Both the position numbers and the translations under genes were made by a program. The notes under the pieces are model-generated. The model was not told the DNA's origin and made no database searches. It saw only the letters and a program-made list of their open reading frames with translations. 64,000 bases of DNA from Camelus ferus. Lineage: Eukaryota. This document shows positions 39,611-53,400 of the stretch, one piece after another; the first letter of the stretch is position 1; every line of letters starts with the position of its first letter. The DNA lies in contig NC_045697.1 of NCBI RefSeq assembly GCF_009834535.1, positions 79,982,001-80,046,000 on the forward strand, in the 5' to 3' direction.

Positions 39611-39676
39611 CTGAAAAACACAAGCTAAATGTTCCTGAGACCATGACTGAGGTTCTTGATGTTTCTGATGAAGAGG
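39604..39676 (+). CDS. ANK2: ANK2 linker exon, 73 nt, phase 0/1: [24 protein letters not shown](G)
   Basis: tctttccAG acceptor (second copy of a tandem duplication), GTAAGA donor at 39677. Confidence 0.96.
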
Positions 39677-40910
39677 GTAAGACTTTTATTCAGTCTTCTT
39701 TGACATCTATCATTGTCTTACATGAAGGAAACCATTCTTTTTTTTTCAGCTACCAAGGTGTTACAGTGGGTGTGGATGACAGCATCTTGGCACCTAAAGT
39801 CACTTTTGAACCTTTATTTCAATACGTTCACTTTTTCAATTTGGGGGAAGGAGGATTCTGTTTATATATTTTCAACTGGTATTATCTTTAATGACTTACT
39901 AAATAACAGGACTGGGAAAAGGGGAAGAAACTGGCAATTAGCTATATGTTAAAATATCTACCTGATAATACAGTTATTGTTAATACATTTAATTATGCTA
40001 AAGTAGATTTTTTATTAAAACTCCTTAAAGTAAAAGAACTTACAGTATACTCTATCAATGGTATATTGAGAAATATCTGCTTTCATTGGTTCAAACATAC
40101 AGAACATGTTTAAAATCCAGAGGAAAGAGTCTTAGAGAGGATTAGAAATAGAACAGCAGTAAGTCATACAAATTCAACATAAGAATTTTATTCTTTAAGT
40201 CAGAAAATATGCCCCCTATAGTTTAAAGCTAAATGTTATCAAAGCCAGTGGATTTCAAAGAGACTTTAAAAGGAGCACTAGGGACTGCCTGGGTGGTTAT
40301 GGGGACATCGTGCTACAGGTCCTGCCAGCAGGGTTCCTGGTTTTCCAGCTCTGCTTTAACTGGAAGAGTTAACTTTTCTTGAATAACAACAAAATCTGCT
40401 AAAAAGATTACGAATGCAGCACGTAAAGTGTGCAACCAAGTTTCAACAGTACAACTATTGGGCAAGTTGCATGTTTGAAAAATATATATGTACATATTTA
40501 TGTTCATGGCAAATGTATATGTTTGAAAACTTATTGCCATAAAGGATGGAATGAGGCCCAATACTAATTGCTTTTATGGAGAAATAGTAAAACTATTTCT
40601 TTAGGTTCTTCAAGATACAATCATAAGGTAAAATTTTATATTGAGATGCCCTTATTTGGAACCCATTGTTAATTCACCTATCAGTGACAGACATTGTGTC
40701 AACTTTTATAAGAACTTATGACAAGAATGAACAAATGTTGCTTCAGTGTCTTTGAGTAAATTAAAAGATATTGCCAAAGCTAATGGTTCCATGTATTTAT
40801 TATAACTTAGTGTTCCATCCTAATACTTGCCAATTTTCAGCATTCATATATGCACATTATATTTTGTTTTGTATGCTCATCTTTCTTATCTTCACTTATA
40901 TGTTGAACAG

Positions 40911-40964
40911 CTCTTAAACAGTTTGGTGACCACTTTATTGATGGGGAAGTGCTTAGTGATTCAG
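40911..40964 (+). CDS. ANK2: Alternative cassette exon, 54 nt, phase 1/1: (A)LKQFGDHFIDGEVLSDS(G)
   Basis: Long pyrimidine tract and aacAG acceptor, CAG|GTACCT donor. Open and in frame with the flanking phase-1 junctions. The DGE-LSD motif resembles the ANK3 linker cassette as recalled. Confidence 0.8.
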
Positions 40965-43900
40965 GTACCTCTACAGGACATTATTGGAGTGAAAACTTGT
41001 CTTTGCTTTTAATTTTTCTTAACTGGCTAGAAGCAACTTGCTTACTATGTAAATCTGGGTGCTTACTACTAATCTGTTATTCTTGAAATAGCATGTGTAA
41101 TATGAGTGGAATTGTTTAGGTGTGTGTTTGAGTGTGTGGATTGTATTAACTTGGAAACTTAATGCCATGAATTGCTTATACTAATGTAAGATTTTGAAGC
41201 TATTAATGATACCTATTAATATAATTAAATTATCTAATGAACACTATATAATATTTTTCCAAAACTAATATTTCTTCCTAGAATACAAATTTAGAGAAAA
41301 ATTAATTTTTTGATAAGTTGACATTGAACTAACATGAACATGCCAACAACTAGGTTAGACTGCTTGGTATGCAGTCATAGCATTATTGGATAAAGATATG
41401 GTTTCGATGTGGTTAAAAATATATTTTAAGTTAGTAGTTATAATGTAGTTTTTTAAAATTAGCTAGGAATAAAGATAAACTAACCTTTAAAAATTATTTA
41501 GGGAGAACTTTGGCATATAGGGAAAGATGAATAAGATAAATATTCTATTTAATAAGAAGTTTCCAAAGTACATGTGGTACCACTTTAAGGAAACCTATTC
41601 ATGAAAATCTAAACTTATAAATCAGATAAATTAGATAGTGATTATTTAATTTAAAAATAGTTCTTTTTTTCCAAAATAATTGTTAATGTATTCCAACAGC
41701 TAATGCATTCAAAGTATTTACTGGATTTATAGAAATTCCATTTATATGAAACATCCTCTTGGACCTGCCCATTACATAAGATCTAGCTGTAATATCTTGT
41801 ACACTTTTATTAAAACTATTCTATATTAAAAGTTACTAGTGATAAAAACTCTTGATTTGACAGGGATATTGGCTAATGATCAAGAACATCTTTTATGTTG
41901 AGAGAAGAAGCTTTCCATGGTTAGATATGGCCAAAACCTTAACATTTTTTCCCCAGAAAGATATTCAGGTTGAATAATTTTTTTGTATAGGGTATATTTG
42001 AGTATTATGAAGTACCTTTTAATACCAAGAATTAGTCTGAAGGAATTTGACTAGGTGACATTGCCAACCCTTCAATTTTTTATGCACTTAAAATGTTTTC
42101 ATGGAACCTACCATCATTCATATGGACAAAGTGCAGCTACATGTATTTGGACAGTGTTAACCAATCCCTGGTTTCTTTACAGCTCTGCTGTTTTAGTAAT
42201 AGTCTTGTAATCAATACTCAGAAGAGTATCCAAGCCAAGTACATATGTCCTTTCAGGCTAACTTGCTATAGTAGAGCAATCAAAATTATCCATTTATGAA
42301 TCGAAACAGACAGTGACAGCAATGTTATTGTGTATAAAGCTCTATGACTGGTACCATGGGGGAATCAAAGATGAACATATATGGAGAGAGAACGTATAAA
42401 TTAATGAAGCATAACTGAAGGCACTATGTCATCTGCATTTCGCATCTGCCTGGGAAGATCAGGAGAGGGAGAGTCCTACTACAGTCTCACGGACTTGTCG
42501 AAGCTGACAGAGTAATAGGAGGGTGGCACAGGTTTTTAGGAAGTAGAGAAGGAACAGTGTGGGAAGGTCCTGAGATAGGAAAGAATGAGAGAGACACAGA
42601 GTGGCAAAATAATCTAGTCATTCAGTTTGGCTGATGCATTAAAACATACCGGGCTTCCACGGGGAGTGTTTGAGTTCTCAACTGAAAAGTCTAGGAAATT
42701 AGGGTATATTAAAGATTTCAATTAATGATTGAAACAATTAATTCTTTTTTTTCTAAACAAAGATTGTGTATTAGGAAGAAATTGGAAGGAAGCAGATATC
42801 TGAGGGAAGATAAAACATTTACTAAACATCTACAGTGCTAGGTGCATTGCGTCATTTAATCCCCAGAGCATCCACACAAGATAGGCTATGGATTTCCCCA
42901 CATCTGTTTCTCAGGTGAGAAAAAGCTCACCTGAAAGTGAGGGGACTAAGACTTAGACAGGTTAAGTAGTTTGTTCAATGGCACACAGCTATTAAGTGGT
43001 GGTTGTGGAATCTCAACCCAGTATGATATAAATAAGTCGTGATGGAGCCAGATGGCAGAGAAATGGAAGAAGAGAAATGGGAGCTCAGCCTATGAGTATT
43101 CTACTGTGCAGACTAGAGCAAAGCTGTAGATGTAGTCTTCTACATCTTCATAGGATCATGAGCTGATCCCTGTCTTTGCTGACTCAGCTCCTCAGCTGTA
43201 AATTATGTGGTGGGGCTTAGGGGTTATAACACCCGTGTAACTAAAATACCTGTGAAAATGTGACCCACATGTCCCTCATACACAGAGATTCATGAGTGGG
43301 TGGTTTGTACAGAGTTCTCCACTGGTTCTCTGGGATGGTATGTATAATAATCAAGAGAACACTAGAATGGCTGAGTGTTGGGATGAAATACAGAGGTACC
43401 GTCTATATTCTCCTTTTGATGCACTTCCACTGTGGACACTTGACATTAGAATGATAACATATCAAATAAGAAGAAAGGTCAGATGCGACGTACCAACATT
43501 TAAGGAGAGTGGAGACTGGGAAGACAGACTCAGAGCGGTAGGAGGAAGACCAGCAGAGATTTATGTCAGAGAAATTAAGGAGGGTGGTTTTCCAAAGAGG
43601 AAGTCATCTTTTGGTCACTGATTAATTTGTAAAATAGCAAGCCTCTTTTAATAGGTTTGGCTATGAAAGGAAGAGGACTCAAAAGTGTGAAATAAAGAAG
43701 GTCTAAGAGTTGGAGGAAGAAATTTTTGTATTTCAAAGGTGTCAGAAATATAGATGTTTCTATGGCCGGGGGGAAAGGGCTGACAGAGAAGCAGAAGTTG
43801 AAGGTGAAGGCCTAGCAGACAGGGTATCTAGGAAGATAAAAGAAGATGAGGATCTAAAGGTAAGATAGGCTCACCTTGGACTGCGGAAGTCACCTCACTT

Positions 43901-45747
43901 ACCAAGATACAAGGCAAAGATATGATTCTTATTTTTTAGACACATTGATAACATTTAAAGCCTTGAGCAGTATGTAGAATTTCCTAGTTGTCGACCAACT
44001 AGGGCAATTTTATTTTTTCCCAAACTAATTTTTCACATTCTATTCATTTCTATAGGCATTTCTACTTTCTATCCCATACTGCAGATATGTACTATTTAAT
44101 AGCATGCCTTATCCACACATATCCTGGAAAAGATATTTTATTATAACACTGGCAAGATTAGTACCCAAACAGGTACCTTTCCAGGTAATTGCCACGTTGG
44201 TTTAACATCTGGCCACTGACACCAGCATTTAGGGACTTTGCATCTTTGGGCCATTTCTCTCTCAGACAATCAAGACATTAGGCTATACACCAAAGGCCTC
44301 CAGGGGTGTCCCTGAACACCTGAACTTCACATTTAGTTAACACAGAACCTAGGAGGGTATTTTTTTTTTTTTTAATGTAGCAGCTATCTAAGGCAGACAG
44401 CATTGTAATAAAACCACCAAAACGCAGAAAGTGAGGGAGAATGTAAAGGACGTCCACTATCTCATGAACTCAGTGTAATCACAGGTTCTTAAATTGTGCC
44501 TTGACTCATCTCCAGAGTCACAAAATTTGATTTATTTGATTAAAATGTACTCTTGCAATTGCTTCCATTCTGTCTTCTAATGAGATTTTTACATGCATAA
44601 GAGAGGGAAGGCTAATAAGTTCATGCAGTCCATTTGCATCTCTGGCAAGACAAAACTGCAGATGCCAGGCCTTGCTTCCCCAGACTTGGAGTCAATCCAG
44701 CTAGACTTTCTTCCTTTCCCTTTTCTTTCCTTTACTCTTATGAACCTTCTTTCTACCAAGGGATGACAAGAGGGAAGATGGGAGGAATAAGACAGAAAAC
44801 TTGAAATGCTGGCCCTACTTAATTAAGGAGTTTTGAGTAACTTTAGGAATCAAGAAATTGAAGCTTATTTTGAGTTGTCTTTGTTCCCTGTAACCATCTT
44901 GGTTGCTAAGAGACTGTAGTGGGAACTGGCAAAGTAGCAGAAACAAGATGAAATGCAAAAGCAAATTGACTCTGAGAATGAGGAGGATGCCCTAATCTGG
45001 ATGGAATTAGAAATTTGATGCTAGAAAGCCAAGCTCAACTATTTTAGAGTCTTGGGGGATAGGGGTGGGATGGAGGTAGTAGAGCAGGGGATAGAGAAAG
45101 AGTGAGAGTATATTCAAGCAGGCTTTTGAGTTTTAAAAAGCTTCGTAGACCTCTTGCTCAACAGATAAAGTACAACTTGTATTATATGACATATCCTGCA
45201 TTCAGTCAGTCCTTTCACTTTTTCATAAGTAAGAATAGACTTAGTCTTCACAAATGTTAACAAAACATCTTTTTTTCTGAAAATAATTTAGGTTTATATT
45301 CAAACCAGACAATGCCTATATTTTGGTAAGCCAACTCTTAGGCTTGATCTTAGAACTTTTATTTTTCTCAGAAATAAACCAAAGGGGATCCCAACTTATT
45401 TGATTCATAAAAATACTCCTATGGAAAGATTTACCAGTCCCGCAAGTCCTATAATAAAATGTCTAAGCTTCGTGATCTCATCACTATAATCAGACACCAG
45501 CCTTCTTTCTGGACTTTTTGCCATTGTTCACTAACAGGAACATTGACTATTGCTAAGTTACTCCACTTAGTATTCTCTAAATAAGTAATGCATATTACTT
45601 TTTTATCCGTACTGTTTTTGCTGCCCTGCATGACCCCTTACACACTGGCCTTGCCCCTGAAATACCATCATCTCTGTCCATCAAAATTGTGCCCAAACAA
45701 TTGACCAGCTCCAAATCCTCCTTCAGTGATTCCTTCTCCAGGTACAC

Positions 45748-46120
45748 TGAAATTTCCTAGGGCTACTGTAGCAAATTACCACAAAGTTGGTGGATCAGAT
45801 TTATTCTCTCACAGGTCCAGAGACCAGAAGTCTATGAGGACCATGCTAACCCTAGGAAAGATCTCTTTCTTGTCTTTTCTGCCAACAATCCTTGGTGTTC
45901 CTTGGCTTGTATACATCACTCCAACCTCTGCCTTTTCATGGCATTCTCTTCTGTGTGTCCTTCCCTGCCTCTTGTAAAAACACTCTCATAGCATTTATCC
46001 TGTATGAGCTCATCTAAATCCTACTTTTAACTCCTTCTGCAAAGATCCTACCTCCACATAAGGCCACATCCTGAGGTTCCAAGTGGACATGAAATTTGAG
46101 AGACACAACTCTACCCACTA
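45748..46120 (-). mobile_element. MLT1-type MaLR solo LTR
   Basis: tttcctagggctactgtagcaaattaccacaaa...atttattctctcaca...cttggtgttccttggcttgta...acccactaca. Confidence 0.72.
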
Positions 46121-46484
46121 CACTATTCTAAAGTAATCTCTCCTTCCTCTCACCTTTTTGGTCCTTAAAGTTGACCAACATCATGCATTTCATGTTCAAC
46201 CATATTGTTATTTATCTACAAGTTGCTATTATTGTTGCCATCTTGCTTTGTGAGGGGACATTTTGAAGAAGAGAATATATACAAGGGTGGGGGGAACCAC
46301 ATTAACAAAGTTAATTTTAAAATTTTACTTGTGTTTTCATTAGCGTTATCAGATTTATGAAATATTTAAACAGAGCACAATTATATTTTTCTTTATATTT
46401 TTCAAAAATTATTTTGCCTAAAAGATTTTAACTTATACTTCACTGCTGTGTCAACACTTTTACCATTTTGTAGTAATAAAAATA

Positions 46485-46680
46485 ATGGCTAGCAATAACT
46501 ATATTCCAGCACTGTATTATACACTCTTATATGTTATATAATTCATATAACTACTGTGTGAGGTAGATTATTAGTATCATTCCCATTTTCTACTTGCAGA
46601 AACTAAGGCTCACGAAGATTAACTGGCCAGTAAGTAGCAGAACCAGAATATGAATCCAGGTCTATCTGATTCTACAGACT
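46485..46680 (-). mobile_element. MIR SINE
   Basis: tgaggtagattatt...cccattttc...gaaactaaggctca...tgaatccaggtctatctga. Confidence 0.68.
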
Positions 46681-48008
46681 CAATTTCTATTCTGTATAGG
46701 CTAACTCACTCAGCTAAAGCTAAATAAAAATCTAATGATTTCAATGAAGGAACAACAAAAGTCATTTTAATGATGAGACTTGTAACTCAAATATCAAGTG
46801 CATTGATTTTTGAGACAAAAATCTAGTGGTGAATAAATTACATCTCCTTTTACTGGAAGGTCTTTTGTTGGAACTATCTTTGGCCTTAAGTAATTTAGAG
46901 AGCTAGTCATCTTTTGGTTATGGGCCCTTAGGATCATAAATATATAGATAAGTAATGAAATGCTGAAGACATATCTTACATTTCTTTAATGCTGTATCTT
47001 TGTAAATAATTTAGTGTTGATGTAGAACAATTATTTTAAACAAATGAGATTAAAAGTATATTTAGCTTAATTATAGGTGTGACGTACGTTCCTTCAAGTT
47101 TTCCCTTACATAGGTTATCAGGCTTTAAGTATGTGATTAATGCCCTTAAAGAATCATCAAGAACAGTTATATCTCAGCTAAATTATTTCTCCATCCTAGC
47201 ACATTAGCAGTACAGAGAGCATTTCCGTGAATGAGGTATTATTTAATGAATTCCCTGAAATTTGTATTTTTGAAAGTGTTTTATTTCAGTTCATGGGCAG
47301 GAAATGTACTCTTACCATCTGTGCTTCCAAATGAGAGCTACAATACTTAGTCATCTCTTTCTGCCGCTGCTTAATTACTTAACTCACTTTTTTCCCTGTA
47401 TTTCACCTGGGGAAGCCATCTAGTTTCCAACAAAGCATTGTTTTTATGCTCTGTATTTTTTTTTAAATATAAATTCCAGGTTGTTTATTAAAATGTCACA
47501 ATCTGCTCACTTCCTCCTAGTGTTCTTTCCCAAATGTGCATATTTTGTGACTCTTACAAGTTGCATTACTCCATTTAATCATCTCATATTTATTTTAGAG
47601 CAGTGGATAGTTCTTAGCCTATTGTCAATTATATGAAGAGACTGTTAATGCTGCACATTATGCATAAAATTATTGAAACTACATTAAGTTGTCTACATAT
47701 TGTACTAATTGTTAAGTTAAATAATATATGCTGTCAATCAGCTATCATGATAAAGAAATGGGTAAACTGATACTAAAAGAATTCCAATCCAGGTAATTAT
47801 TCTTCTTGATAAGTAATAAGAAAATGGGTCAAACATTGTTTCCCTGAGTTTTAGCACTTTTTAATTGCGTGTGTTCTGTTTTCTTCTAGTGTGCAGTGTT
47901 TCCGTGATGTCAGGCTATTCTGATGTTTTTCACAATTGTAATCATGTTTTGTAGTTGGTGTATATTCAACAGGTAATTCTTTCTCCGTCTTCCTATGATT
48001 ATTTCAAG

Positions 48009-48153
48009 GTGATGACACAATGACAGGTGATGGGGGAGAATACCTTAGACCCGAGGATCTAAAAGAACTGGGTGATGACTCTCTACCCAGCAGTCAGTTC
48101 CTGGATGGTATGAATTACCTGCGTTACAGCTTGGAGGGAGGACGCTCTGACAG
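48009..48153 (+). CDS. ANK2: ANK2 linker exon, 145 nt, phase 1/2: (G)[47 protein letters not shown](S)
   Basis: atttcaAG acceptor, GTATTC donor at 48154. Confidence 0.96.
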
Positions 48154-50325
48154 GTATTCATGTAAAGCTTTCATTTGATATCAGAAGTGAGCGCAACACA
48201 TTTTTACGATGGTAATTTAAAAAGAAGACACAATTATTGACACTTAAGGGGCATCTCACTGCTCTCAGGAGTTCTCTGACAACTCTAAGTGTCCATGTTA
48301 AAGCACAGGAAACTGAAGCCTGGAGAGACTAATGCTTAGTAAAAGTCAAACATCATAAGAAGCAGAGCCATGATCAATGAAGAGCCCACTTCCATTAAAT
48401 ATGATGTTTTTAATCATCTGCAACTTTCTTCTCCAGGCAAATAAAAAGGACAGTTTTGCCTTATGGGCACTCTTACTAAATGGCAATTATAGATACTTCC
48501 AGTCCTCTTGGGTTTTTTTGGATGTGCCCTGGTTTCTGTGAACAGAAGTATGCTATGAAGAAGGATTAAAAAGTAACAAATTCTGAAGGAAACTTTGCCT
48601 GGAACTGACTTTTTATGAAAAAGAATCAGAACAGAATCCCCCAAGAGCCTGGATACCAAAAGTGATCTGAGCAAAATCTGAAGGAGCCTAGGTTTCATAG
48701 CCAAACCTGAGGAGGTTTATATAATATTCTGAAATATACAATCAATTTTATTTTTTGGTTATTGATAATTAGTGCAATTGATGTTTATGATTTTTTAAGA
48801 CAAACTGATTAAGAACATTCCATGGTAACTCATTATAAGCATGACTGTCAGCTTAGGTTAAGATTAAGGTTGTCCATATGGTGTAATGTCTGTTGCTAAT
48901 CAATAATCCCAGGTTTATCATTTTAATCTTCGCTCTATTTTAAGCTGTTTCCAGCATAGTTGGGGTCTAACAAATAAATACTGTAAAGAGTAGTCAATTC
49001 TAAATGGATAGCTAGCAAAAACAAACTTTTCTTAGTTTTTTTTTTCCATGAGTACTAATGCTCTCCTCCTATCTTTTTTTTTTTTTTTTTTCAATTTGAT
49101 GTGCATGTAATAAGTGCCTTTCTGGGCTGGCTTTGTGGTAGGTGCTAGAGATGCAGACATGATTAAGATACAGTCACTACATTCATAGTCTCATGAAGGG
49201 TCAGAGAGACAAGGCTAGTGGTACCCACTGAGTGTAACTGGAACCCTGAGGCTCAGGCTTCCTGCAGGAGATGAGTCCAAACCAAGACAGGATGATGAGT
49301 AGTGATGGTGAGGAAAGGTGAGGAGGGCATTTGAAGCCTTAATAAAATGAGCAAAGACTCATGGTGTGTGAGAGAAACTAGATAGTGCAGTGTCGCTGAA
49401 ATGTAAGTATAAGGAGGGAAGGTTACATTCGCATTTGGCATCCCTGTGATGGTGAGGTAGAGGATGAATTTTAGAGGAAAACTGTCAAAGAGTTAAACCT
49501 GGCGGCAGCAACCATCTGAGAAACTATTGCAGTAATTTTAGCGGAAGTTACTAAGACAAGATTTGAACTTTGGTAGTAGCAGTCATGGGGAACATTTTAG
49601 AAATGAAAAATTTGAGAATTTATCTATGAGATAAAACTGGTCAGATTTGGTGATGGATTTCATGGGGTAGGTGAAGAAGAAGAAGATTTGATTGACTTTG
49701 TGGCTTCAATGACTTAGACAGAGAGTGGTTTGTGGGATCAGAAGGAGGAGCTACTTGGAGGGTGAGGGTAGCGAGGTCTTGTGCCGTATCAGTGTTCTGG
49801 ATATTGAATTTTGACACACTGACAGATTTAGACCTCACAATCTGAGATTCTTAAAAGACTTCAGATTTCAATAAAATGAAATGTTTATGGCTTTGCACAA
49901 ATTCATAATAATCTATGAATAATCATTACTGTCATCCAAAAAGTCTTTTTTTTTTTCCCCAGCTTGGTCACTTTTATTAAGAGTAAGTGCTTGGTTTGAT
50001 CCTTTTGCCATCTTTGAAAACACTTAGTACTGAGAAAGAATTCAGAACAATAATTTCTATGAAACAGACGTCCATGGTTTGATGATTTTACCTGAGACAG
50101 GGTCAGGAAACAAAGAAGATACGATCTGTTCTCCAGGTCCACACTTGCATTTCTAGAACACCAGATGTGTTCATGGTCTCCAAGATGGAATTATAGGCAG
50201 CATCCCATTTTCATGGTTGCAGTGTTTTATTTTTTAATTTTGCCGAGACAATTCAGTATGTCATCTTTTTTTGGTAACCATTTTTTTCCTTCTCATTATT
50301 TCTTTATTTGGCGTGCTTTCAATAG

Positions 50326-50337
50326 TACCATGCCCAG
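50326..50337 (+). CDS. ANK2: 12-nt microexon TACCATGCCCAG, phase 2/2, adds TMPS
   Basis: Long U-rich tract, TGC motif about 12 nt upstream, aatAG acceptor, strong CAG|GTAGGT donor, frame-preserving. Confidence 0.8.
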
Positions 50338-50405
50338 GTAGGTACTACATGGCATGAAAACATGACCCTTCCTGGTTACATTCACATTTCCCTGCTCACT
50401 GCTCA

Positions 50406-50425
50406 GTGTGTGTGTGTGTGTGTGT
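50406..50425. repeat. (TG)n microsatellite downstream of the 12-nt microexon
   Basis: Directly visible. Confidence 0.9.
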
Positions 50426-53400
50426 TGGCAGGGGGTGCTTATGTTCTAGAATTATGGATTTATTCTTAAATTGTGATTTTTATGTATTAAACTGAATAAC
50501 TTTTTGAGCTAGAAGGGTAAATGTTTTACTAGAATAAAGTCTGTGGTATGTCCCAGGCCTGACTTTGCTTTATCTGTCACAGCTCCACCTTGTGGTTGAT
50601 GAAACATTAGCGTGGCTTCCCTCAAAGGAACCTAATAAGCCTCTGTATAGTTGGAGATGACAGGTGATTCTGATACCTAAAATGTACATGGATACAGAAG
50701 AATAAAAATAGTTAAATTTTAGTTACATTGAGCAGAAACAAAACCAAGTTCTGGTTAGCTAGATTTTGTGTCCATTTTATTTTATTATTGTTTACAAATT
50801 AAAAATGCTATTCAAATTCAACGCAAAAGCCTAACAGTGAACCTCAGAAGTTTTTCTATGTGTTAAAGTAAACACATTGAAGGTTTTGTATATTCACTTG
50901 TCCAGTAAGTTTGAAACACTATTAATTGAATGTCTTATAAATATTGCAGCTTACTAAAATGGTAATTATTACCATCTTAGCGGTAATACAGTAGAACTAC
51001 AGACTTTGATACCACCTAATGTATGTCCATAAAGCAGTTGTAATACGGTGAAAAGAAGTATAAATTTAAGATGGTAACAAAGTATTGGCACATTCCTTAG
51101 CTGGACAGCAAGTAAATTTTTACACTTCTGTGGATACGTGTTATTGCAAATTTATTAACTGAACAGCACCACCTCTAACTTAATGAAAAAAAATGGAAAC
51201 TCTATTGTGAACTATTTAAACTTGTTTGCAATGTTTTAAATCAGGGTTTTAAATTAGACAGTTTAAATTGGGGTTTTAAAATTAGACAGTTTCTGATCCA
51301 GAGACTTGAATTATTCTAGACCTTTGTGCTGGTCATTACTCCTTCAGAAAGAATCATTTTTTACTCTTGGAATAGTCTAACTTCATTTATTTCACTTAAG
51401 TAGATTCTATGACATCATAGAAAAAAGAGCAATTGATTAAATAACGTTTAGCATTTTAGAAGGCAGTAAACTAAATCTACCTAGTGACTAAGTCTTCTCT
51501 TGCTGTTATGAGCAGGCATTTTTAATCCTGCATCCCAGTGCCTCTTGCTGCTTTTGTGCATTCATTCATATAAATCTAACATTTTGCATGTGTAAATTCA
51601 CAGTCTGGATCTTTGAAGTTTAAAGCCATGGATAGAGATTATGTAATTAACAAATCTGAGCCCAGTAGAACTTGATGGAGGAAAATGTTTGAGCCCATAG
51701 ACAGCCATATTATTTCAAGAGGTTGACCCCTCTACTGTTTTCTCTTGGCTTAGTTCAACACTAAATAAAGGATATTAGAATTTAGGAGCTGTTGATCTAA
51801 TGCTGTCTGGTATAAAACACATAGAAGTGAACCTTAGCTATCTTTGTGGTTTAAAGCAGGAAAAAAAAAATGTTCAGTCCGCCGATTGAGAAGAGCTTTT
51901 GCTGAGATCAAAGACCCCTTTCCCCGTTAATTTAATCCTCTTTCCATCCTCAGTTTCAAGGTCAGGCCAAGGTTAGTCACAGCAGCCTGTTTATGAGTTG
52001 CACTGTCGAAATCCAACTGCACAGCTGTAAAAACAGCTATAATATCAGTTGCTTCCAACTCCCTGGACTAAAACCTTTGTGGGTGGATTTACTAGGCATC
52101 CAGGCTGCTCCTGCCTTGGCTATGTCAGGATCCTCAATCTTCTCCAAGAACCAATATAACGTAAAATAACGACTTGCCAAATTCTGTTTAGATTTCCTTT
52201 TATTGTAAGCACGAGATTTATGTAGGTGTAAAAATGTAGGATCAGGCAATCAAGGAAAGTTTTTTGATTCATGTCGTTTACTCTGTAATATTTGGCATCT
52301 ACTTTGGGAGCATAAATTCTATAGCAGAGTAGGAGGGAGAAGTCCCTGCATTACTCTGAATCATCTACCAAGTGATGATTCCTCAAAGATAATTGAAGTT
52401 GGCTATATTGGCACCTCATAAAGATGACAGTATATGACTTACAAAAGTAGATATAGTTTCTACTAATAAATATGCTAACTTGACATTTAGTCCATAATTC
52501 TATAGTGCTTCACTGGCCGAATAACTACTAGCTGAAAGTAAATGAAGCCTTGTGTCTGTAAATATTGTGAAAGTTTGTGTATCTCTTTATTTTCCTCTAT
52601 GGGCTTTAGGCTAATATTTTGAATACAGATCTTTAATTCTTGGACTAACATATATAAAATATAGTTTATTTAAGATATCAATCTATTTGTCATTTGACTG
52701 TACAAATTAACTAGAAAGGAATGAAATGGCATCTGTGCAAATGTCAAGCTTCACTCATTGCATTTGAGCATATAATTCAGAACTTTGAAATTCAGACTTA
52801 TCAAAAATGTAAAGCATTGATTATCAAGGCCTAAATCCCATTTTGAAGCCACACCTCATTTTTGCTCAGTGTCCATTGGCAATTCGTTTTCCATGCTGGC
52901 AGATGTGTACGTGTTGTGGCTTGGTCTTAAAAACGTGGTCTCTTGTGCCCTTGCGTCTCGTTGCCGTAGCAACCAGCTCTCTCTGGTGCTTCACTCACCA
53001 CTCACAGGACGTGCACAGGGAACAGTGCTGTCCTTTGAAATAGCATTGTTGGAAACACCAGAGACAAACAAGAGGAACCCCACTTCCGCAGGAAGCATGC
53101 ATCCACCCATAGTTCATCTCGCTCTGTACCTTCCAGGGGTGTGTACCAACGTTCAGTCATTCACAGTTGGAGAGGAAAAGGAAGAGGCATGGAGAGAAAG
53201 GAAAATAAGTGAAAATGAAACCTGTGCTTTCATTTTGTTCTTTCTGAGGGCTGTCTTATTTCCCCCGCTAATATTTTTCTTAGCTGCAGGGAGATGAACA
53301 TTTAACGCAGATTTAAGCCATCTATCCTGGAACTGTTTTCTTATACTGGCTGGAAATAAGCTACAGTTGCTGGTTTCAAACATTTCTTGGAAGAAAATGA

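Noticed and set aside
40605..40627. AG/GT-flanked 23-nt segment
   Set aside because: Not a multiple of 3, with a short pyrimidine tract and no supporting motifs.
47955..47972. Possible 18-nt microexon (tgtAG|TTGGTGTATATTCAACAG|GTAATT)
   Set aside because: Only 36 nt from the next acceptor, too short for an intron, and phase-incompatible with the later exons as a mutually exclusive partner.
51244..51292. Short direct repeats (also 5617-5655, 4138-4164, 8062-8100)
   Set aside because: Ordinary two- to three-copy slippage duplications deep in introns; not CRISPR-like (no spacers, eukaryotic context) and not overlapping splice signals.
51604..51642. 39-nt candidate exon after a TGCATG motif
   Set aside because: In the required phase 2 it has an immediate TGA, and the donor is weak.
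52843..53383. Cluster of overlapping ORFs (up to 142 aa) with a few CpGs
   Set aside because: No recognisable domain, non-ATG starts and no convincing splice sites; a non-coding regulatory role cannot be judged without conservation data.
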